From the NCBI GenBank assembly GCA_043228905.1, contig JBHGNT010000012.1, forward strand, positions 16,864,001-16,928,000: a stretch of 64,000 nucleotides of DNA. The letters are read 5' to 3'. The translations under genes and the position numbers were made by a program. Source of the stretch: Azolla caroliniana. Its lineage: Eukaryota > Plantae > Polypodiophyta. This document shows, one piece after another, positions 48,372 to 60,200 of the stretch (position 1 is its first letter; each line of letters opens with the position of its first letter). The notes under the pieces were generated by a model, which made no database searches, was not told the DNA's origin, and saw nothing but the letters and a program-made list of their open reading frames with translations.

Positions 48372-51300
48372 TCAAGAGCTCGACCCATGTAGTATAAGGT
48401 CATGGGTTCGAGTCTTGCCATATCGTGACACTATCCCCCCTTTAAAACGACGAGTGTAACGAGTCGTTTTGGATTGAGGACCCGGTTTGTCTGGATATTG
48501 ACGATGGAAGTCTTCAAGAAGAGCATGAGCATTGGTGACATTCTCTATCGGTTCCCAAGTATGCTCGTTGGGACTATATCCTAGCCAGTCGACTAGATAG
48601 TAGAGCTTGTTGTGAACAAGCTTGGAATCAAGGATGGCGGCAACCTCGTACTCAGGTCCATCTTCAAGCTCGATCGGGGGTGGAGGCTGTGTAATACGTC
48701 CTGGGATGGTGCTTTCTTGATAGGGTTCGAGGAGACAACTATGAAACACCGGATGTATCCGAAGTTGTGGAGGTAGATCAAGACGAAAAGCGACATCATT
48801 AATCTTTCCGATAATACGGAAAGGACCTAATCGCCGATAATCCAACTTCTCGCATGGGTGAGTAGTCTTGATGTGTCGTTGGAGTAGCCATACCCGATCT
48901 CCAATGTTAAAACTAGATGGGAGTCGATGACGATCCGCATAAACCTTGTGTGTTTGTTGAGCTTGTTGGAGATGAGTAGATAAATCCGCCTGTATCTTGC
49001 GTAACCTCTCCAAACGATCCTCTGCGCAAGGATTTGTGGACACCTCTAGGGTTTCAAGTACACACCATCGGGGGTGACATCCCATATAAGCATAAAATGG
49101 CGTAACTTTCGTGGATGCGTGGATAGAGTTGTTATAAGCAAATTCGGCGAAGTGGAGAATATCTGCCCAGTCATCCTGATGATAGCTGAGAAAGCACCGC
49201 AGATACTGCTCCAGCGTTTGATTGGTTCGTTCGGCTTGGCCATCGGTTTGTGGGTGGTAGCCAAAGGAGAGGTTACAAGTGACCTTGAGCATGTTAAAAA
49301 GGTGCTTCCAGAATTTTGACACGAACTGGGGTCCACGGTCGCTGATGATACTATCGGGAAGTCCATGATGCCGACATACTTCACGCATGACAATTTCGGC
49401 AGTGTCTTCACTGGAGATCTCCTTAGTACATGGCAAGAAATGAGCCATCTTCATATATCGATCGACCACCGTTAGAATCGCATTGAACCCCTTAAAGACT
49501 AGAAGATCTGTGATGAAGTCTAGAGCAATGGATTGCCACGGCTTGCTTGGAATTGGTAATGGTTCTAATAAACCATATGGATGATGCCTTGGCATTTTCG
49601 CTCTGCAGCATGTATCACAAGTCCGAACAAAATCCTCGACAAATTGTCGCATACAGGGCCACCAGAATGATCGTTGTACTAAATGTAGTGTTTTAGTACT
49701 ACCAAAATGCCCAGTTGTATATGTGTCATGACAGTTTTGTACTACTTGAAGGCGACAAGAACCATTAGGAACATACAAAAGTTCTTTAAAGAAGAGTAAT
49801 CCATCATGGTATTTGAATTGCCAATAGTCAGTACCTGGTGGTTGCGACTGTGAACACGACGCTCGAGAGGGATCAATTTGTGCTAGTATAGTTTGGGCGA
49901 ACGCATCTGTCTTCAAGTCTTCGCGTATGGTATCGATAACACGGGAATCCATGGGCATGTCAAAGATATTTGTTACTTGTAGTCGTGCCGGTCCCAAGAT
50001 GACTTGTTTTTGGTTATCGAAAGCTGGCTCGCCGGGATGGGGTGCTAGGTACGAACGCCGTGATAATGCATCGGCCTTCCCTTGGTGCTTCCCCGGACGA
50101 TATGTAATTTTGAAGTCGAAACGCGTGAGAAAGTGGGCCCACCGAGCTTGACATCGATTCAACACACGAGCATCCTAAAAGTAGGCAAGGTTCTTGTGGT
50201 CACTAAATACGGTGACCGGATGAGAGGATCCCTCCAGAAAATGCCTCCATTGCATAAAAGAATCCACTATTGCCAATAGCTCCTTATCATGAATTTCGTA
50301 GTTGATTTCGGCGGCGTCAAACTTGTGTGAGTGAAAAGCCACAGGATGTAGCTTCTCATCATTCCCCTGTTGCGACAGAATGCTCCCCAATGCAAAATCC
50401 GATGCGTCAGCTTCGATAATAAATGGTTTTTCCGGATCGACATGAGCTAGAATTGGAGCCGATGTAAATGCCTTTTTAAGACTCTCGAAAGTCACGTCCG
50501 TTTCTTCAGACCAAATGAACGGTTGTCCCTTCTTGGTAAGTTGTGTGAGAGGTAGAACGATCTTTGAGTAATCTTGTATGAACTTCCGGTAAAAATTGGC
50601 AAAGCCTAGGAAGCATTGCACATCCCGCACCAAACGTGGAGTCTGTCATTCTACCACCGTTTTGACCTTAGCTGGGTCCATGGAGATGCCTTCTGACGAA
50701 ATGATGTAGTCGAGAAATTCCACTTGGTTGCACCCGAAATTACATTTTTCCAGCTTTGCATACAGACCATGTTCTCGAAGTCGTTTTAGTACTAATAGTA
50801 CATGAGAATCATGTTCTTCTTGGGTCTTTGAATAAACCAGTAGATCATCCAAATAGATGATCAAACAATCATCCAATAGATCTCGGAATATATCATTAGC
50901 CATGTGCTGGAAGACTGCCGGTGCATTAGTGAGGCCGAACGGCATGATCGTATACTCGAAGTGCCCATATCTAGTGCGAAACGCGGTCTTCCATTCGTCT
51001 CCTGGTCGGATCCATACGAGGTTATATGCTCCCCGTAAGTCGATCTTCGTGAAGAACCTGGCACCATTGATCCGTTCTAAAAGACTTGAGATAAGGGGAA
51101 GAGCATACCTATTCCTGATTGTAACCTTATTCAGGCCACAGTAATCTACAACAAGACGAAGCGATCCATCCTTTTTCTTGACGAAGAAAATGGGCGCACC
51201 GACTGGAGATTTCGAATGCCGGATGAAACCATTTTCCAAATTCTCCTCTATATAGGCCCGAAGGACTTCCAGCTCGGTTGGTGACAAATTGTAGATTGGT

Positions 51301-51917
51301 CCCCATGGCGGCTCTTTTCCCGGTTGTAAATCAATGGGGCAATCGTACGGTCGATGATGAGGAAGTGTGTTGGCTTGTACTTTATCGAACACATCGACGT
51401 AATGACAATACTTCTCGGGAAGTTGAACGGTGGATCCTTCTTTAGTGGTGCTGGAGGGGTTTACTGATATTGCAAAGAGGAACATTTCCTCCTTGTGCCC
51501 TTCTTTACACAACTGACATAGCGAAATGGTTGCCATCTTCTGAGTTGACCCTTGGGTTTGTCGACACCGGATTTCTCTTGTTCTCCAATTTATGTCTGGG
51601 TTATGTAACTCGAACCATGGTAATCCTAAAACTATGGGATGTTCTGGGATACTAATAATATTAAATGATACTACACATGCTAAGTTATCTAGGACAATAT
51701 TAATGGCCTCTGACTCTTCTATGATATTTCCGGAAGCAATGGGATGTCCATCAATGACTACTACAGAGGCTAGACACTGGAGTTTTCTTAGGGATATCTT
51801 ATGAGCTTGAGCAAATTTCTTATCCATAAAGCAAGAGTTAGCTCCAGAATCTAGGAGTGCTAGGACATGTACTAGAGGGGTACTTTTAATACTAACTATT
51901 ACTTGGGCTACGAACAC
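48372..51917 (-). pseudogene. pol: Chromovirus pol: PR, RT, RNase H, integrase, chromodomain (few stops)
   Basis: ALLDSGANS, YLDDLLVYS, EADASDFA, SDRGPQF, GPFRI, EYEVAAILD..YLVDWLGYSPNEHTWEP. Confidence 0.93.
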
Positions 51918-52006
51918 ATCATTAACTTGCTTAGAGGGAATGGAACCACTAATGGGCTACACAGATCTAGGGTTGTCCAACCAAACGGCTCCTATTTTGG
52001 CTGGAC

Positions 52007-53158
52007 TTAGTCATTTAACTCTTCTTCTAACTGACTAAGGACATCAAATCTGTTTGCTAGATCTGGGCTATTAGTACTATTAGGACTATCAGATATCCCT
52101 ACTGAAATAGGCTCGGGTTTAGTACAATTAGAACTAGCGACTATTTGGTTTACCTGTCTTCTTGGCCTATGGGGGCAATTTATTGCAATATGTCCTGGTC
52201 CACCGCAGTAAAGACATAGTCGCTTTGTACGGTGTCGCTGCTTTTCTTCTTCGGATAATGGCCCTCGACGACATGTAGTGTCAATCTCCATCGGAGATGG
52301 AGTATTCGCTGGAGGCGCATTATATGACTCCCTCGGAAAAGGTCTTGCTACCACTGAGGCGTAGGTGGGCTCTAATCTTGCCCTCAGCATCTGTAGTTAT
52401 CGTTCTGAACGTCGCTCAAAGAGGCGGTTGTCACATCTCACCGCGCGACTGATTGCTTCTGTTAAGGACTTTGGCTCTTCGGGGAAGATCAAGAGTAAAT
52501 CCTTGACGTCGTTGCGTAAACCATAACGGAATTGCTCCATCAACGCTTGATCATCCCAAGGGATATCAGCGGCGAGTAGGCGAAAATCTGCAGCATATGC
52601 GGAGGCTGGACGATCACCTTGGCGTAATCGCCAAATTTTGTTGATTGCGGTCCTGATGCTATCAGTATCTCCGAAACATGCTTTAAACTCACCTAGAAAC
52701 TCTTCAAAATTGTTGAGTAACGGGGATTCCTTTTCTAATAGTGAAGCGAACCATGCCAATGTTGAGCCACTTAACAAAGTGCCTACTAGACCCACTCGTG
52801 ATGCATCGGTGGGATACCGGGAAGGATGCATTTGAATAACTAATCGTACTTGGTTAAGGAACCCTCTAAACTGTGATCACGTTCCATCGAACTTCGTGGG
52901 AAGGCCAATCTTGGGTTCTTTATGAATCCCTTGTGTTTCGGGCCCTTGTTGTTGCATTGCTACGATGGTTGCTTCGAGTTGTTGCACGCGTAACGCAAGT
53001 TCCCCATGTTGTTGTTGCGTTTGCTGCTTTTCTAAGGAGATTTGCTGAAGATCCCCCAGCAACCGTTGGTTTTCTTGTTCCAAAGCATGGAACTTCTCTT
53101 TCAAGCATTGAAATTCTGAGAAAACATATTGATATTCTTCAGCGCTAACAGTGGCCAT
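52007..53158 (-). pseudogene. gag: Chromovirus gag with a CCHC knuckle
   Basis: PKIGLPTKFDGT, LRQGDRPASAYAADF, CLYCGGPGHIAINCP. Confidence 0.9.
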
Positions 53159-53825
53159 GGGATGAAAGAAAAGAGAAATAAGAGATTAGTAGGAAATGAG
53201 AGAGACAGAAGGTAGGAAAATCGGTTCAAACTGTCAGGAACAGTACTAAGACATAGAAGGAATTAGTACTAAAAGAAGTATTAGTACTAAGAGAGGTGAA
53301 GAACTCTCGAGAGAAGGAAAGAGTGAGTGAGAGAGAGGGAGAGAGAGAGAGAGAGAGAGTGATGATAAGAAAAGATATATATTATGTGAAGAAAATGTAC
53401 AGTAGCTAGAAGGCTTAAGACTGGCGTTGAACCTGTTGTCTGTCTGGCCGGACTAGCCTCAACACAGGTGTCTATCCGACACTTCTCCAAAGGGGTGGTA
53501 AGGATTGGATGCTAGGTTACACGCGTAAGATGATTACAATTAAGCACAGACGGTAAACAATACGAGATACAGATAAACACGCAATAATTACTATTGTATT
53601 ACTTCCGTCAAAAAACTTTACAAATCATCGGATCCTTTTATAGGCATCCGGCAAGGTTACAATCGGTGCGCTTAGGCAACCGACATCCGAATCGGTCCGG
53701 ATCCGGATCGGTACAACTGTACCGGATCCGTCCCTCCGAATAATAATTCTACTATTATTTACTTCCTATTATCCGATCCGATTCCGCCTTCCCACTTGTC
53801 CTTGCTCTTCTAACCGGCCAACACA

Positions 53826-53865
53826 TGGCACGCCCGTGGGAAAGTGCCTTGCACTTCGAATCCAC
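53826..53865 (-). other. tRNA 3'-end-like sequence ending in CCA, at the position normally held by the PPT
   Basis: Sense strand GTGGATTCGA-AGTGCAAGGCACTT-TCCCACGGGCGTGCCA-TG, then the 3' LTR; no purine run adjoins the LTR. Confidence 0.6.
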
Positions 53866-53873
53866 TCCCGGCC

Positions 53874-56800
53874 TCAGTCTTCCTCCAAAATATCGAGCAC
53901 ACTCTGCTCGATGGTGTCAAGTGATCCTTCTTCCTCCTGTTCCTGTTCCTTGCCTGCCTGGTCTCCGACCTCCGGTTGGGTGGGCTGTTCCGTAAAAATT
54001 TGCTGCTCCGGCTCTGCTTGATTCTGTGGTGCCGGTGCTTCCTCACCGCTTCGTCCGGGTTCTTCCTGTTCTCCCTCCGTTCCTGGCTCTGTTCTGTTAC
54101 CAGTGTCGCTTTCTCCGGTCTCGACTGGTCAACTCGATATGCCTCCTTCCTCTGCTCTGGTGTCTTCCGGTCTCAGCTCTTCTTCTTCTCCGGCATCGGT
54201 CTGCCCCTGCTCTTCTTCAAGTTCGTCTTCGGGTATTCCTCGTCAGGGTTGTTCGGTGTTGGTTGGTTCATCTTCAGCCGGTCGCGTTCCCTCACCAATA
54301 GTGGTTGGCGTCGTTCTTCCCTGAGCTTCCTGTCGTAACCGATCCTGCTCGTATCTCTCCAACTCCAACTGAGTTGCGAGCTGCCCGTCATCCAACCTCT
54401 CTACCAACCCTCGAATTTCTTTGAGATGTTCTTCCGCTAAAGTGTAGAAATCTTCCGACAATTCTTCCCGAATGGCGACGATACTTTCCTCATCCATCTT
54501 GTAGAACTTGTCACCGGTCTTCCTCCGATTCTCGGCATCCGCTCGGAGTGTCTGCAGCTCGGCTGCCTGTTGTGACCACTCCTTCCATAGCTTTTCCGTA
54601 CTTTCGTTGATGCTTGCCTGAGCTCGGGTACTCCATCCTGACATGATGAGCTTGATCCGGTCAACCCCTGCCTTAGCATGCGCATAAGCTTCCTGTTTTT
54701 CCTTCCTTGCCCGTTTTATAATGTCGGCCATTATCTGAGCCTGGGCCTCGTAATCCGCTTTCTGCTTTTCATAGGTACTTTGCAGTTTGCTGATCGTGAA
54801 GGTCGATTTTTCCTTTTCTTCATTCATGATCTTGGTCAGGTCCAGCTTTTCCCGCCTTAGCGCCTCTAATTCCTTCCTTCTCTCCGTCGCTTGGGCTATT
54901 TCCGCCGACAATGCTTCCTTGTTGGCACTGACCTCATCCATTGCCTTAGCCAGGTCTAATCGGGTCTTTTTGAGTTGTTCTTTCAGCCTCTCCATTTGTC
55001 GGTCATAGTCTGCTGCCCGTTTCTTGTTGTCCGACTCGGCCTGCTTGTGATCTCGGTAGAGACGGTCGAAGTCCTCCGTCTTCTGCTTCAGGCGTCGGTT
55101 TGCCTGAGCTCTTAACCGATCGTCCCGGTCCTTCTGTTGTCGGAGTTCTTCCTGCAGTCGTTCTATCTCCTGCTCGGCATGTCGACATAGTCGGTCCTTC
55201 TCCTTTTGCAGCTTCTCTTTTTCTTCTTGCAGTCGGTCATTAGCGGCTCGACCTTTCCGGAGGCCTTCTTCCATTTTTTGTCTGTCGTCCTCCACCGCTT
55301 TCCGCTGCTCCCTTTCTCTTTCCCTTAATGCCTCCTGAGCTTTTAACTCCTCTCGTAAGGTTTCTATTATTTTTTCGGTCTCAGGGCCGGTTTGCAAGGC
55401 TACCGGTTCCGGTTCCGGTTCTGGTTGCTTCCTTGTTGTCCCGATCGGCTCGGTGACAACTTGTGCTTGTTGAATTCCTTCCCTTGCCTGCAACAGCTCC
55501 CCTTGCATTTCCTCGATCTATGTTCAGAGCGCGACCAACTCCTGAGTTGTTGTATGCGTCAGTTGTTGCCTACACGTTTCTTCTTTTTCTAACTGGTCCG
55601 CTACTCCCGATAACTGCTCCGAAAGCCATCTCAGCCATTGTGGCTTTGTTCTTCCGGTGTCGGGGTGGCCTTGCTCACTTAACTCAGGTTGATTTTCCGG
55701 CCTCTTCTCTGGCTCCGGCTCCGGCGCTTGTTCCTTCTTCTTCTCTGGGATGACCGGTTCTCTGAAGTCCGGCCCAACCGGTGTCGGTGTTGCTTCCCTG
55801 GGTACGGGTTCCGGTGCTGTTTCCACCTCGGCTACTGGAGATGGTCCTTGCGCCCTTTGCTGAGTTCTGTCCACTGGTGGAGCCGGTCCTTTCGCCCGTT
55901 TCTCCCGACCTTGCCTTGTTGGGAGTCTTACCAGTGGTTCGGATGAGTCTTCTGTTTCAACTTCCTCCTCCGGTGCGGTTACCAAACGGACCTTTTGTAT
56001 AAAGTCCTCTTGTTCCGGTTCCGGCCGTCGCAGCGTTATATGGATTGGTTTGCGCGCTACCGGTTCCTCCTCGGCCGATTTCCCTTTGCCTTTACCTGCC
56101 GGTTTTGCCTTTGTTGCCGGTTCCTGTTGCTGTCGGGATGGTCCTTCCCCCTGCTGTTCTGCTTCTTGCTGGGTCCATCCGGGGGTGTGTTTCTCCAAGA
56201 TCTGTCGGCGCTTTGTGACCTTTTTCGGCGTCGTCTCCTGCCGACCTCTTTTCTTTTGTGTGATGGGGAGCACCGGTGGGACTAACACCGTTAGCCATTG
56301 TGCTATCCCGGCCCATGGCTTTTTTACTTCCACAAGATTTTTGATGGCCTCCTTCAATCCTTCGGTTATGAAATGGAGCCAGTCTATTTGTAAGCCTTCG
56401 TACGCTGCTATTAAGAACGCTACCCGGTACTTGGCTATGGCCGGGGGACGGGGATTCACGAATCCGTATTCCATCATGGCGCAGGCCACTTCTCCGAACA
56501 GCAGGTTCTCTCCGCCCTGCGTTCGATACGCCTTGCTGCTGATAGAGTACTCCCCGAAATATTCGAACAGGATTTCACTTGAAGGGTTTTCGATTGTTTG
56601 AAGTCCTCCTGCTTTTATCCCCGTGAGCGCCTGCACCGCTCCTTCCGTGACTTCTGATATATCGATCGATGCTACCGCCTGCTCTGGTTCTGCGTGTGGT
56701 GGAGCGTCGGCGATCCACAACAATCCTTTTAACCCGTTCTCCCTCATCCATTGGCGTGCCTCTTCCGACAGTACCATTGTTTCGAATTCTTCTTCTGCTG

Positions 56801-56978
56801 CCTGTTGTTCGGGATCGCGCTGTGTGTGCTCTGTGCGTCGGGTCACTCTTCTGTGCTTCTGCGCCTGTATGTAGGAAAATTCGTAAAAAGTGAGCCCTTC
56901 GCAGGCATGTGTCTTATATAGTGGGTTGTGCCTCGAGCCGTCCTTTTTCGTTTCCCGCGCATGTTCCTCTCCCGCCAT
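53874..56978 (-). pseudogene. Extra ORF of element I (~1034 codons; globular N-terminus, long coiled coil, acidic tail; 4 premature stops)
   Basis: ORFs 55524-57041 and 54243-55508 are in frame and continue to TGA at 53874. Confidence 0.75.
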
Positions 56979-57216
56979 AATTAGTAAGTCCTTTCTTGTT
57001 TGCCGCGTGTGAGTGCCCACGTTCCATGCTTTAAATAGCAAGTACGCGCACGTCCTTCTTTAATGCATGGTGCCTCTTCGTTGCATGGTGGCGCTCCCAC
57101 CTCTTGTGATCTCCTCATCATTACTATGATTCGCGTCGATTTTGCCCACGTCTTCTTCTTCTTCTTCTTTCTTTCTTTTTTTTCTTTTTTTTTTCTTTTT
57201 TTTCGTTTGGACCACG

Positions 57217-60200
57217 TCATTTGCTGGTCCCCCCCGATTTGTTCGGGTCCTTTTGTCGGTTTTCCGGGATAGTCTTTGTCAGTATCGGTGTCGGTTCTTC
57301 CTCCGTCCGAATATCTTCAGCAGCGTCTATCGGTGTCGATTCCTCATCTTGCCGGATTTCCGGGTTTTGCTTGAACGGGTTGGCTGGCATATTTCCCTTA
57401 TACGGCTTTAGCCGAAATCCATTTGCCCACTTGCCGATGACATCTCCAGACAACGTGCCGAGCTTATACGACCCATTGTACTCCTTGGTGATCCAGAACG
57501 GTCCGGTCCATCGAAACCGCAACTTTCCCGGCATGTTCCCCATCCGTGTCTGGAATAGTAGCACCGGTTTCCCGACTTCGAACTCCTTTTCATTACCACG
57601 CCGGTGTCGGTCCACGAAAGCTTTTCTCCTCCTTTGCTCCAGTTCGAGTTGTAGTAAGCTGGCTATTCGGTTTTCTTCTAATTCCAATAACGTCGCCAGC
57701 CGGATTCGTTCGGACTCGTTCTCACTTAAGCGCTCCTTCACCTGAATCCGTAAGCTGGGGATCTGGAACTCTACCGGCATGACCGCTTCTAACCCGAATG
57801 CTAGTCGGAACGGGGTTGTCCGGATGCTGGTTTTGTACGTTGTTCGGTACGCCCATAGCGCGCTTTGCAATTTCGTATCCCAGTCGGTCCGGTTCTCGTT
57901 GACGATTTTTCGTAGGATGTTCTGCAAAGTTTTGTTCGTTGATTCCGCTAGTCCATTGGCTTGAGGGTAGTAGGGAGTACTCTTTTTATGTACCACCGCG
58001 TAAAATGACGTCAGGCTTTCTACTACCTGCCCGAGAAAATGTCCTCCTTGGTCACTTATAAGCTCGATCGGGCATCCATACCGGCACCATATGCACTCGT
58101 ATAGGAACTTTGCCGTGGACGCGGCCGTGTTGTCCCGTAAGGCCTTTGCTTCTACCCATTTGGTGCAATAGTCAGTTGCCACTATGACATACCGATTTCC
58201 GGTTCGCATTGCCGGTGGTTTAAAGGGACCGACAAAGTCCAACCCCCACTTTTGAAACGGTTCCAAGGGCAAGACCGGGTGGTGTGGCATCCGGGCCTGC
58301 TCTATGGGTTGGCCCAGTCGTTGACACAAATCGCATTCTCTGTTATACTTCACGGCATCTTTTAGGGTGGTCGGCCACCACAGTCCGCTCTGCCATATTT
58401 TCCGAGCGGTTGCGTCGCCGGCATAATGCCCGCCGGCAATCCCACAGTGGGCTTCCCTGAGGATTAGATCCTTCTCATCGCTCCGCACTGCTCATCTCCA
58501 GATGCCATCTGCCCCCTTGTGATAGAGGGTGTCTCCAACCAAGCAGAAATGTCTACTTCTTACTGCTACCCTTTTCCTTTCATCGCGGTCCATGTTCTCC
58601 GGGGGAACTCCGGTGCTCAAGAACTGATGCATCTCAGTTAGCCATGTGTCTTCATCGGCTACCGTTGTATCCGTTGCCGGTTTCGTCGTGATCCGGAACA
58701 ATTCGGCGTCGAGAAACTCATCCTAGACGCCGTCCCCTGCTTCTCCGGATTCGAGTCTACTTAGGTAGTCCGCTACCGCATGCTGCGCCCCGGGTCGGTG
58801 GAAAATGTCGAATTCAAATTCCTGTAGCAGTAGTGTCCACCGTGCAATTTTTCCCGTCAAGGATGCCTTCGAGACCAGGTAGAGTAGTGCCGAATGGTCG
58901 ACATGGAAGGAAAACTTCCTTCCGAGCAGATAGTGCCTGTACTTTGTGACACTATACACCATTCCCAATGCCTCGCGTTCCGTCGTAGAGTAATTCCGTT
59001 CGGCTTTTGAGAGTTTTCGGCTTGCGTAGTACACCGGTCGGTACCATTTCGGCTCCGTGAGTTGCATCAAAACGCTGCCGATTGCTACGTCCGACGCGTC
59101 GACGAAGACGTGAAAGCTTTTACTCCAATCTGGCAGTTGCACCACCGGGGCTTGCGACAACATAACCTTCAACGCTTTGTAGGATTCCTCCTCCGTCTCC
59201 GCCCATAGGAAGGGTACCCTATGTACGGCGGTATGTAACGGTGTAGCGAAGTCCGCGAGGTGCCGTATCATCCGGCTATGCCACCTTATTTGGCCCAGGA
59301 ACCGGCTTAAAGCCTTTGCGTTACTTGATGCTGGTGCCTCGAGAATCGCCTTGACTTTATTCGGATCTACCGCGATTCCTTCCTTACTCACCACGTGCCC
59401 TGGCAAGTTGCCGCTTGCCACTCCAAAGACGCACTTGGCCGGGTTCAGGCTCAATCGGTACTCGCGGCACTTCTCCAAGCACAGCCGGAGGTGATCGAGA
59501 TGCTCTCCGTGCCGGCTGTAGACCGCAAAATCGTCAAGGAAGACCTGCATAAAACCGGGGATATATTCCCCGAAAATTTCCATTATTATCCTTTGAAAGG
59601 TTGTTGGAGCCGTCTTTAGTCCGAACATCATCACGACCGCGACGAACACTCCCCATTCCGTCACGAACGTTGTCTTCTCTTGGTCGGCCGGGTTCATTCG
59701 TATTTGGTTGTAGCCGCTAAATCCATCCAGGAAGCTATAAACTTCGTGGCCGGCTACCGCATCTAACACCCCGTCCGTAAATGGTAGTGGAAACGCATCG
59801 GTCACTGTTGCGGCATTTAGTTTTCGGTAGTCCACGCATACCCGGATTTTTCCGTTCTTTTTCGGGACCACCACTATCGGACTCAGCCAGGTTGCCTGCT
59901 TGACCGGTCGGATAAATCCGACCCGGAGGAGCTTATCAATTTCCTCCTTCACCTTTGCCGCATAATTCGGATTCATCCGGTACCTGCGTTGAGCGATCGG
60001 TTTCGCGTCCGTACTTAGGTGAATTTGGTGCTGATAGAGCTGGGGGTCCAGCCCTCGCATGTCTTCGTACGACCACGCGAACACATCCTTGAAGTCTATT
60101 AATAATGCTACCATTGCCTTCTTTTCTTCCTTCGGCAATTCCTTTGCAACATTTACCGGTCGGGGCTTGTCTGCTGTGCCGAGGTCCACCTCCTCGAGTT

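Noticed and set aside
53826-53865. A genuine tRNA gene
   Set aside because: Only a 3' portion is present, with an inserted hairpin and an encoded CCA; there is no D-arm or anticodon arm.
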